A DNA stretch of 64,000 bases from Raillietiella orientalis (Eukaryota): positions 1,302,001-1,366,000 of the forward strand of contig JAYWIR010000040.1 in the NCBI GenBank assembly GCA_036172245.1, read 5' to 3'. Every line of letters begins with the position of its first letter. Within the stretch, counting starts at the first letter, position 1. Below are positions 12,801 through 24,800 of this stretch, in pieces. The notes under the pieces were generated by a model. The model had not been told where the DNA came from, did no database searches, and saw nothing but the letters and a program-made list of their open reading frames with translations. The position numbers and the translations under genes are program-made.

Positions 12801-15800
12801 CAGGGGATCACCCCCCTTTCCCCACTCCCCCCCTCTTACTGAGGCCCGCCCGGAGAACCACTTGAAACCGGCCCGAAAGCCGCGAGCCGGAGGGAACTTC
12901 GGGCCGGACCGAGTGGTTCTCCCGGCACTCCCTCGGCGAGCCGGCCACAAGAGCCAACCGAGCATCCAAAATTCCTTGGGAGCAGGGATCCTCCCGGGAG
13001 AGCTGCGGCAGAAGGGAGGAATGGAGGGAGAGGAGCTCGCGATGGCGCTGCACGCCGGAGGCGTCCCTGTCGTTCCTGACTCCCGTCGCGTTCGCTTGAG
13101 ACATCCTGGGTGGATCTTCCGGGCAGGCGAGGTAAGTCGAAGGCGTTGCTACCGGAAGTGCGCGATTCACTCGCTGCCCTCAACGCTCTTCAGAAAGGGG
13201 GCGCCGAGCTCTTGTCGCGAGAGGACTTCCGCGGTCGATGATCCGCTGGGCCGGGAAAGATCCAGCCAGGAGCGTCGTCAACCTTTCCCGTGCCCGAGGC
13301 TGCTGGCTCCGAAGGCGGACGATCAGCGGATGGAATCCGCAATGGGGACGTCACGATTGCACGCCCATGCGCTTGGGCGTGCATGTCACGCTTTGAGGCC
13401 TCCCCTCCTTCGCTCTGATAGTCCGCATGGCCTGGCTGTGCGGCTGCGGCCTCCACGCGCTCGGGACCGAAGTGACACGGGTTCGAATCCCCGCGTGGAG
13501 GATCGACTCCAGAGAAATGGGTGCGTCGTGGGTTTCCAGTGCCCCCCCCCCCCACCGTAAGAGATGACGCTGGTCGGCCTGCATTCTGGTGTGGGGCTGA
13601 AACCCTCTGGGGGTCGGTTCCCTTTGAAATTGCCCCCTCGGTTCTAAAAATGGGAACGTCACCCCCTTGAAGGGACCCTCCATCTCGTATCGCGGAACTG
13701 GTTGGCACCTCTCCTGAGTGCAAGCGCGCTGCTCCCTTCGGGAAGTGTCCTTAAGAGAAATCGGGAAGCGCCTCTTTTGGGTTCCCTTCAGAGGGGAAGA
13801 AACCAGGAGCAAATCCTTTCCGGGAGGTCCCTCCAGAGGAGAAAAGAGGTGCATCCCCCACAAACCGGAATGACGGGATGATGGATGGACGAGAAAGGAA
13901 GGGGTGCGTTGGGAGTTTCGAGTTTCCCCCGCAAGATGGCGCTGGTTTGCCCCGGTTGGCTTCGGGCGCGGCACTAGTGGAAGCCGGGTGCCCCCGTTGA
14001 CTGTCTGGAACTAGAATTCGACTCTCCGGGATCCTCCCAGTAATCAGGAGGTCAGTTCCCTTACGGATTTCCCTTTCGGTTGTGAAAATGGAGCCGTTAC
14101 CATGGAGCTGGCTGATACATCCCTCAGGGGGTCGTCTTTCCAAAGTGCAAGAAGCGCGCTGCCACCCTTCATAGAAACTTGGAAGCGTTCCATCGAGATT
14201 CCCTCCAGAGGAGTGAAGAAGGATCGGTTCCCTTCCGCGGATTCCCTCCGGACAAGAAATTCCAGGAGCTCATCCTTCGAGAGTCCCTTCGGAGACAACC
14301 ACGGCGAAGGGAAGTTCCCTCTGGGATTCCCTCCCAAGCGCGAGAGAAACGAACTGCTTTCCTCCAAAGCCCTTCTTGGATTCACGAGGTGGTTCCCTTC
14401 CGAGGAATGCCCCCTGAATTGAAGAGCCAACATGCGCCCCAGGGTGGCATGGACATTGTCCGAGAGCTCCGAGAGTCTTCCCTGAGGAGGCGAACGGTTC
14501 TTCAGCGCCGAGCCCGTGCCACCAGGGCCTCAGCGTCTAACGACGCTAGTGAAGCTTCCAGTATGCTGCGTCTGCCCCAGGACTGCAGGGCTCTCCTGGG
14601 GGACGGCGCCTCTGGTCCGGGCTGATCACCAGGATGGCGCGTCCTCCACACATCTCTCGGGGGAGCACGGTCGCGCGTCCTTCTGCCTTCGGCGCTCACG
14701 CGAGGAGGTCGCGGCTTCCGTGGGACTTCACAGTAGCGTCCGCCCGCATCCCTTGGTCCCAGGAGATGCCCTGAATTCCCGGGGACCGGTTCCTGAGCCC
14801 CTCCGAAGGAGAAGGAGGGGATAGGGTCGGCTCGCGCTGCTTGTCCTTTTCCGTCTGTCGCGCATCCGCCCACACACGGGATCGCGATCCTTCGAAGGGG
14901 GACAAACGCCGAGGACGACGAAGACCCCGTTCCTCTCCCGGAGTGCCAGATGTTTCTCTTGAGTTGTGCGTCGGCTCCTGGGTTTGATCGGCTACAAAGA
15001 GGATGACTCCTTCGCACCCGACAGCAGATGCAGTTTCTCACGATGAGAGCCAGGAATGCCATCTGCAGCTTCGCTGTCGGATTGCATCCCCCCAGACGAC
15101 CTCGGTTTCCTGCATCCGCCGACGGATCAGCTGGCATCTCTCACGTTACCCAAATGCACCTCTCACCATGAGCACTCCTTTCCTTTTGCTGACCTTTCCT
15201 TCCTTCCTCCCTTAAAAAAAGAAGGGACGTCTGAATCCACTCTGGGAAACAGATCCATCCCATGCGTGCTCGTCTTTTTGTCACCTGAGCACCTGGAGCG
15301 CTCTCCTGTTTCCATGCCAACTCTCTCTTTCCAAATCTGTTCTGTCTCGTCTCCAAGTCTCGTCGGCCACTTCTCGCAGCATGCGCACGTCGATGCCGCA
15401 GGAAGGAGCTCGGAGAACAAGGAGCGATCGCGGTGGTTAGTGGGTTTGCTCATGAGGATCCGGTTGTACGTAGCGCGAGGGAGAGGATGTACGGTACATT
15501 CACAACGACCGAAAAAATCCGCTCTTAGCGGAAACGGACAACGGGAAACACCTGATCGCAGAGAAAGGGGGGGGGGGGAAACGACCTACTGTTTTCACAC
15601 GCCCTCGTTGCAACGCTTTGGTGCCACGCGGCCTCCTCCGCACCACGCGGTGCCAAAGAGTTGCGGGTTCGAATCCCACTCAGGGTAAGGGCTGATGCCG
15701 AGAGGAATGGGTGCGTTGTGTTCGGGTTCCCTTCGCAAGATGGCGCTGGTTGACCTGTAGACTCCGGGCGCGGTACCAGTGGAAGCCGGATACCCCCGTC

Positions 15801-18800
15801 GACTGGCGGGGTCAGAATGCGACCCTCCGGGGTCTTTCCAAGAATCCAAGAGAACCGGTTCCCTTCGGGATTCCCCTCCGTTGTCGACAATGGAACAGTC
15901 CTCCATCGCGTACCATAAAGCAGGTTGATACCCTGCCAGGGTGCGGAGAAGCGCTCTGCTCCCTTCGGGAGCCACCCTTCAGAAAAACCTGGAAGCCTCC
16001 CTTCGAGGTTCTCTTCAGAGGAGTGAACAAGGAGCGCATCCCTGCCGGATTTCCTCCGGAGAGAACCAGGGCGAGGGTCCCCTTCGGAGTTCCCTCCCAA
16101 GCGTGGGAGAGTAACGGACTTCTTCCTCCGGAGCCCTTCCTGGATTCCTAGGATGGACCCCTCTCGAAGTACCCCCTAACTCAAAAAGTGACAGGCACCC
16201 TCGATTGGCGCGGGCATTGTGAAAGAGCTTCGTAATCTACCCCCCTCCCCTTCCTAAGGAGGCTAACGGTTCTTCCGTACTTTACGAACCCCCCTCCCCT
16301 CTCAAAAAAAGGAAAACACGAAGGCGGGACATCGGTCTGGAGAGCCGACCTCGCCCTCTCCATGGCCACGTGCTGAGATGCCTGCGAGAGCGTTCGGCGC
16401 GAGTGCACTCGGCACTTCGCGCGTCGTCCCTGCGCGCACGCACTCGCTGCTGCGGAGGAAAAGTCTACACGGCCGCCAGCTGCCATGAACCGCTCACCCC
16501 TCGCTCGCGCTCAGGGCGAAGCGAACCTCTCCCAAGCTGAAGAAACGCCGGGCGGAGAGATGTCCAAATTTTCGCGATGATGTCGTCATCATCGCGAAAA
16601 TTTGGATCCCTCCCTCCCTCCACGTCTCGGCATTGCTTTACTTCCTTGCAGCTCCCTCACGTTCATGGATTCCCACGCGGTTGAGATACGCAGTGCTGAT
16701 CGATAGTGGTGAGATCGCTGCGGTCAGTTTGAATAACGCACATCTGCGTCCTGCCTCGGGCAATCCGATCTCGGAGGTTGCCCTTGGATATCCGCAGGGC
16801 TCACTTCATCAGTGACGCGATCGCCAAACAGGGAAAACCTATCCTAACCCCAGTCGTCCCAGTGGAAGGCTTCGAAGTGACAAGATGATGAATGACGGCG
16901 CGCCTTGTCTTTCTTCTGAGCCAGAAGTCGCGAGCGAAGCAGAGCATGGCGGCGCTGCGGATGGGCCGGAAAATTCAACCCGCTTCCGGGCCGTCTGCGG
17001 TTCTGTCCTCTTCGTGAGGAAAGGGTCGTCATTTTGTTCGCCCTCGTTTGCGCTAGGTCATTTCGCTTGCGGCTCACACGAACCCACCCATCCTTTCTCC
17101 AGGGAAACGGGCGCCAGTATGCGCGACCATCGTCCTCCATAACTTTCCCTAGCACCCTGCCCCCCTGTCCCATTCCACGAAAACCTGAGCGGTTCACCGA
17201 TGCCCGGCCGATCGGGCGAATGCTCCCAGTGCAGGCTCGCTCTGACCCTGAGGCGACTAGTTCGCTCTGCCTTCCTCCTGCCAGGGAACCTGCGCGAGAA
17301 CAACCCCCTTCCCTCTCCCGGAGGAGGGCATCCAGATGCACGTCCCGGTTGTGAGCTGCGACGACCGGAGCGCCGCAGTCAAGGTTTTCGGCCCCACAGG
17401 TTGGGACGAGTACGGTACTCTGGCGCACCGGAGCGACGGCGCTCCCAGATCAGCATGAAGGTCTCCAGGATGCCGCCTCACGTCCAGCGGCTCCCTACTC
17501 ACCCTCCAGGACGTGGTCATTTGGTGAGGTCGAGGAACAGGCTACCTTCCGTGCTCACCTCCGGCCTGCGATCCTGTGGTCCTCTGGGACGATGGAATAA
17601 AAGAGACTGTGCGGACGGTTCATGCAGACATGTGTGGTCCACGAAAATCCACTCCTCAGCCGTCACGACATCTTCCCTCTTCTCCTTGGGAAGATGGCTG
17701 CGCAAACCAGTCTCAACCAGCGCAAACCAGCAGCTCCGTGGGGTTCCTGCCCTTCTCCAAATTTCTGCAGAGTTGCAGATGAGCTCGAAACTCAACCCCA
17801 TCTGCTCCCGCGTTTGGAGCCCAGAGAGCAAAAGGTGATTCTGGTACAGCAATGCAACGCTCCCGGGAACACCCAGCTGAGAAAATCTGCTTCGAGGTGG
17901 TGGCCGCACTCCTCTCGGCCTTGCACGTTTCGAGGCTTCCTCCAACGACCTACAGCGAGACTCGTCTCCCGTGTGAACAAGGTGACGTCTCATCGTATCG
18001 CATCTTGTGAGGTCTCAGGAAAACTCCTCGCTCCGCTGGCAGGCCCGTGGTTGTCCCTGACCACGATGGTCGACCACTTTATTTGGGGACTGAGCCAACC
18101 GATCGAGAACGGCCCGATTCGGCTCGACAGCGATACCTCTCCTGGATCGTCAGCAAGGGCTGTCGGTTTCCTTGCCAATGGTGGCTCTGCATCTTCCGAG
18201 AAACTTTTGGTTCTCGAAGAGCTTCCCCCGAATTGTCCCTTGAGGGCGCTCCAAGACCTCTCCAGAGAGTCTCCTCTTTTCGCTACAAGACAAGTCTGCT
18301 GCTGCTCACAGGTTCCAAGGCCGGATTCACGCCCGGGTAGCCTCCGCGAGGCGGCCCATACGTGAGGAGCCGTCAGCGAAGATGCCAAGGAGGTAGCCAG
18401 CGTCACTCTGCGTCCATTGAAAGCCTCGAGCACTTTCCCTTTGCCGTTTTTTCGACGGTTCGCACTTGCCCGAATTTCGGCCGTCCCCATGAACTCCCTG
18501 GGAACACTAACGCAAAATTCCTATGGGACCATCGACCTTGGTCTTTCCCTCTGAGAACTGTGAGGCAGAGTTCGGAGAGCCAACTGCAGCAAGGGTTCTC
18601 AGCAGACACTGCTTGTACCAAACGAAGACTCTCAACCTTCCTGCAGTGGCCGAGTGGCGCCCTACGAAACTTCAGGTAGTCATCCTGGACAAGACGTCAT
18701 ACCGTCTTGAAGCCAAAGAGCATCTCGGTCAAGCCATCCTGCAGATTGCTTCAGATTATCTTTCGCGTCATCTTTCGAGCGCAACCTGACTGACTCCATC

Positions 18801-21800
18801 TTTTACTCGGAACTCCTTCTACGATTGCCTTCCATATCACTGGCGGGAGGGATTTGGGATCTCCATTGTTGATGACTGACCGAAGAGCGCTCCGGTAAGA
18901 TCACCCCACCTTTAAGTGAAAGCATCTCTTCTGCAGCCTTTAACACTTCCATCACCATCGATTTGGTTCCATGTAGCCGTGATGTCTCAGCTGATCGTCA
19001 AGTTCCTCATCTCCTCGAGCAAGATGAGTCACTCTTTTTCCGGTCCGTGTGCTCCGCAGAGGATGCTACCAGCTCGCGGCTGCTCTGACAAGGGAACAGC
19101 ACCTTTCAGTCTAGGTGCTCAAGAAATTTAGTGACTCGATTACGCCTTCAACTCAAGTGAGCTCTAGGCAAAGAGTTCTCTCCTTGGCCTGGAGATCTTC
19201 ACGTGCGGGCGCTTTTGGCTCCACCTTCCAGGAGAGTAACATCGCGGCGCAGCGAAGCCTTCAAGCAGCAGAGCTGAAGCTTGCCAAGATGCATTCAACG
19301 TCGACCTTCTTCATGTCCCCCACGGAGCTGGAGAGGCGCGAGATGCAGTCGAACCGCAGCTCCGCTGATCTTTCGAGAAGTCATCCTTTGGTTCTCGTAG
19401 AGTTTCCTCGGGATTGTCCCGTATGGGTGCTTCAAGAGCTCTCCAGAGATCCTGAAGGTCCCAAGGTGCCTTCACAATCACGGCAAAGAGAAATCAAACG
19501 AATTGAATCCAGGTAGCCAAGAGACGTTCTTTTGCCCCCCCCCCCTCGTTCCTTTTTTTGTTCTTATTTTTTTTTCTTGTGATGAGCTGCTCGTTCAGTC
19601 TGGTACTGACGAAGGAAAATATATACCAGGCCGCATCGGGAATTTTGGAACCGTGCACGGCGCAAGAGATTCAAAACAATTTTTTGCTCCACGTCCTTCG
19701 GCTCGAAGAGTTGATTCCTCGGGGAGGGAGAGGAATCCTCCTTGGAGGAAACGAACCTTTGACGAGTGAGGGATGGCACTGAAGCTTCGAAGACACTCGA
19801 GGAAAGAAGTGCAGCGGGAAGCAGAGCCGAGAACGCGTTCCCAAATACTCCCTCAGCCCCATGAGGAAATCTGACGGATGTCAGATACGCTCGACAGCTA
19901 CTCTTAGCCTCGTGTTGCTGATGTCACGATACAGCACAGCGTCTTGCGATCAGTGAAACTTTCGTGGAATAGAGTAGCAGCATGCAGGACCGTTTCCGTT
20001 CCTGGCAGATCTCTCCCGCGAGATAAACTCGCGCAGAAGGAAAGGAAGTGCATGCAGGTTCTTGCGGGCTGCGGTATTGGGACGAGGATAGCGCACCCGT
20101 GTTTCCTCTTCGTGGACTCCTCCTCCTTGAGGCATAGAAAATGGATAATCACGAGGACAATGCAGTCTCCAAGAGACGATGATGCCGAGATGAAGGTGAA
20201 TTTTGCAGGGAGCTGTGGCAAAAGCCACACACGCTCGAGTCTGAAGTGGAACGCGACTCCTTTCGCATCCTGCGGAGAGTCGCAGTAGTCAGGTAAGGAC
20301 CGAGTCGAGTTGGTTTCGCAGGATTCTGTCCCAGCTTCGTGCCGCCCTGAGGTCACAGCCTCGCCTGCGGCATGGAGCAGCTGGCCGCTGAAAGCACGAC
20401 GGTTCACTGAGGCTGCGACGGATTCGCAATTTGAAGATTTTTGGCACGATGTTTCGCAGAGAAAGCAGATCGAGGGAGGACAAAGTTCCGCACGGCTCGA
20501 GGCAACTGGGGTGCCACAAGGGTGGCGCCAAAGTATGGCTCAATTTGGAAAGTTCGCACGTCATTGTTGCGAAGCGCCCGTGAGCCACAGGAAACGGGCA
20601 AACCTCAGCACGTCCACCGCAACCGCTTTCGCGGGGTTTCCCTTAGGCAAGATAAAATGGAGGCGATATTCCCAATAATGGACCCAGTTCTCATTTTTCT
20701 GTCTTCCTCGCAACTATGAGAGCGCCTGGGCATCCGATGAAGAGGGCGAACGGCGATTTCCCCGGTGCCCGTGTTGGAGGCCGCGTGGCTGCGGTCTTCT
20801 GCGCGTAGCACCAGGCGTCGCGGGTTCGAATCCCACCCGGGGAAGGATCGGCGACGAGGGATGGGGGTGCGTCGTGGTTGATGCCCCCGATGAGTGACCG
20901 GGATGGGGAGTCGACCTTCCGGGGTCCTTCCAGGAAACAGAACCAAGGAGTGGGCAGTTCCCCTCCGGTTGTTCAAAGGAGCGGGCCTCCCCTCCGAGGG
21001 GAGGCCCTCCGTCTCGCACCATATGGTAGGTGTGGTACTTCTCCAGAGTGCAGAAAAGCGTGTCGCTCCCTTCGTAGAGCGCCCTCCTGAGAAATTTCGG
21101 AAACGTCCCTTCGGAGGAGCAAACTCCCTTGCGGGTTCCTCTGGAGAAGAAAAAATGAAGCGGACCCCTCTAGGGTCCCTCCGGAGACAACCAGGATGGA
21201 AGTTCCCTGCGGAGATCCCCCTCCCCAGTCGTGAGGGAAAATGGACTCCGAGCCCTATCTGGATTCATAGATTATGAATGCAGCAAATGAATCAAGGGTT
21301 AGAAAAAAAAAAAAAAAACAAGGGGAGAAAAAAACCGTAGCCTCCGCAACAAGCACGTTATTTACCGCAGATCTCCTTAATAAGGACCCTGCGGTGGGTA
21401 CAAATGTGGATGAGATGTGGATTCCCAGACAGAATCGCAAGGTGGATTCGAATTCGAGACAGAACTTGGCTGGCGACCAAAATTCACAGACTGCCGACGA
21501 AGCATCCACAAGGAAAGGCGAAACGCGGAACAGGGGTGCCAGCGTCACTAAATTATGGCCAGAAGGAAATCTTAGAACGGTTGGAGGTTTGCCCGTTTCC
21601 TGAGGCAGAAGCGGGCAGCTAGCAACAATAGCGTGCGCCCTTTCGGGATCTGGCCGCCATCTCTGGCGCCACCCCCATCGCGTCCCGGTCGCCTTGAGCT
21701 CTCGGGAGCCGAGAGTTTTCAGCCCGGTCGGAGGACGAGCTGAAGACACTCCGCGGTATGGTTCCCGCGTTCGTGACCGGCGAACACTTGGAAGGGGCGG

Positions 21801-24800
21801 AAGCGGCAGAGATTCAGTCTCAGCAACGGTGGCACGCCGGGCTCCAAGGAGCTTGTCGATCCGGCGCCGACTCTCCAGAGATCAACAGAGCAGTTGGCCA
21901 GTAAGCATCGCCATACTGCTTGTACCGCCACACCCCTTTCTTCCTTCCAAGAAACCATGCCCTCCTCTTTCTCGCTCCCTTCCCGAACGCTGCGTGCATC
22001 AAATTTCCGGAATGGGCCCGTTCCTGGGAACGTGGAATTTCCTGGCTACTCCCAGGGGGAAGGCAGATTTGTCAAAGAGACTGATCACGGAAGTGATGGA
22101 GCTCTTGCTAATTTTCTCTCAGAAGGGAGGGGGAGAAGGTCTTCGTGAGGCTGGTGCGTTGGTAAGGCAGACGAAGTGCTCGCTCTCGGCGCCTCCAGCC
22201 TGGAGGATTGCCACCTGTTGGGCGGGGCGCGTTGTCGAGGCGCCTCCACTCACATGGATACGGGCATGAGGATTCGTTCAGGGAAAAGGAAAACTGGAGG
22301 TTCCAAGTAACTGACCCTCGGTCGCATCCGCCTCCTCTGGAAGAGCAGCGGAGAATGGTCCGATGAGAACCATTCAGCTGCGAGAGAGGAAAATCGCGAT
22401 CAAGAAGAGGAATTGGTCTCGCAGAAATGGAACGTGGCTTCTGGAAGTGAGGAGGTCGACATGGCACTCTTGCCGGAAATCGAGTCTGGTAACCATGGTA
22501 ACCATGGAGCAGGCTCCATGGTTACCATTAGGATGTGTGAAAACCACGACACCCGCGTGACTCGTAAAACTCACGTCGGTCGCTATGGCGACGGCGCACA
22601 AGCGTTACGGAAAAAGGCAAAAAAATGGATGCTGCAACAGCGACCCATGAGGTATAGCGACACAAGGAGACCCACGAGTTGTGTGCGAGAAAGTGGGGCG
22701 CCCCCATGCCTAAGTTCCACTCTTCGCCTCCGAGAACAATTGTGGCACGGAACCGCCACAGTTAGCGGCTGTACCGGGGCGTGGTCGTCGTCCGCATTAA
22801 AGGCAAAGAAACCGCTGCTACAAAACCTTCTCGGTCGTGGCAAAGGTCAACGGAAGTGCTGCCAGCGCCGTCGTTTCTTCGACACCTTCTTCACTCTCCC
22901 TCCGGATGCGCAGAGCACTGTTGCGCGGAAGGACGGCAGAATGAAGCGCGCCGCTAGCGTCGGCGTCCCCCTTCCTCTCTTCGCGGTCCTGAGCTGGACC
23001 CAAACCGACAGCGCAGTCTCCGCATCCGCTTGCCCAATTCTCAGGGATTCCTCCGTCGCGCAGCTCACCCGACCCGCTGATTTCCGGATGAACCAGCGAG
23101 GACGCACACTCGAGGGTTGCACAGGCTGCGGTGCCCTCGAACGACCTTGGCGGGCTAAAATTAAGCGATTCGGGAGTCTCCGAGAGCACGGTCGGGGGGC
23201 GCGACGCATCACTGGATACGGCTCCGAAGGGAGAGAGGAGGAGGGGAAGGGAGAGACACGAGTAGGAGGACGACGGGCACTCCTGAAAGGGACGCGCGCA
23301 GAGCGTGCACAGCGCAAGGGGGTGGTACCTTAGCATGGAGGAAGCGTAGAGGTCCGTTTCGGAAGAATCGATGAAGGAGATGCTGCCGCCGCCGCCTTCC
23401 ATGAAGGCTTCCTCATCGCTGGCGGCAGCGGCGACGGGGGCCTCGGCCGGCGCGCCGTCCTCCTCCTCTTCTTCCTCCTCTTCCTGTAGTCGGGGACGGC
23501 CCTCCTCCTTCCCCTCCTCGCGCGCGTTCCGAGGGGTCTTCCGGCTCGAGCGCTTCCGCTTCCTCTCGGAGCACTTTTCCTTGCCCGGGCCGCCTCCGCG
23601 GCTCTTGGAGGGCCTGCCCCTCAGGTTCCGCAGAAAGGACCACATCGGGACGGCGGGGGTCAGCGGCGACTACGGGGGAACGAGGGCGGGCGGGAAGGGT
23701 TCCGGTTGGGGTGGTCGCGGGACAGTGGCAGGCTGCTCGCCGCCGGGGGAGTGGCGCGCGGAGGGGCTCCTGCGGTACTGGGAAGGAGGCCAAACACAGC
23801 TGCCTGCGCCCTCGTCTCGGAAGCCTCCTGGGATGAACCCGGATCCCCTCCAGGACCGGGACACGCGCGTACGTATGGGTGTGAGCCGGAGAGCGCGTGC
23901 GTGCAGGTATATGAGCGTGCGTGCGTGTGTATATATATGCGTATACGTATATATATAAACACAAACACGTGCTCGAGAGTATATATAGGTCGGGCCCAGA
24001 AGGTCACAAGGGGAGAGGTGAAAGGCATGCACGGTGGCAGCATTGTCGCCGCCGCCAGTCGTCGCCCGCCGTCGGACAGGAACGTTGCCAGGAGTCGCTC
24101 GTTGCGACGAGGCGATGTCGGCACGCACGCGAGCGGGCTGTCGCCGCACAGGGGGAAAGGGGGGAGGGGGACGGCAGTTTTGGGGATCGCCTGCTCGAAG
24201 GAACCCGAGGGTCACACCAGGGTGCTCTCCGGAGGCCCCTGGAAAGAGACGATCGAAAGGTCCCCCCCCCCTCCCCTTTCGCCGAAGGAGGAGTGAAAAG
24301 CAACGGAAGAGCCCTCGCTCTGTCCCCGTGGGCGAGCCCGCCGCTGACCGGGAAGGTTCGTTCGGGTGGATGGCAGCCTCGCCGGTACGGCGGCCTCGAG
24401 GATGGACGGGCGGACGATGATGGCGCGGCCCCTCTCGGAACCCGGCTGGCGGTCTGCCTCCTCGGGGTCACGGAGGGCGCTTTGCATCGGCTCCAGGCGC
24501 GCCCATGCCGTCCTTGGCTGTGGAAAAGCAAAGGGGGAGGGGAGGAAGTCAGGCAGACGACCTCCGAGGTCTCCGCCAGCTGTCCCTCCTCTTCTCTTGC
24601 GCGTACCGGCAGAAAGCCCCACGGAATGCGGGAAAATTTCCTTCCGCGAAGGAACTGCCACGACTTCTCCTCCCACCCCACCCCCATCTCCCGCTCTCCT
24701 CCCTTCTTGGCAGAGGGGGGCGCATTCCACAGGTCTCAGAAGAGCAAAACCGAAAGGGAGTAACCTGCTGACCTTTCTTTCCTCGCTTCGCCTTCCGTTC

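Noticed and set aside
19900..20600. Possible GIY-YIG/Cys-linker remnant on the minus strand (PCRRRGC, GVAFHF)
   Set aside because: Opposite strand to the RT relic, and the core GIY-YIG motifs are absent.
16600..20700. Hammerhead ribozyme expected near a Penelope-like element
   Set aside because: No CTGANGA...GAAA core with supporting stems found by eye; an Infernal search would be needed.
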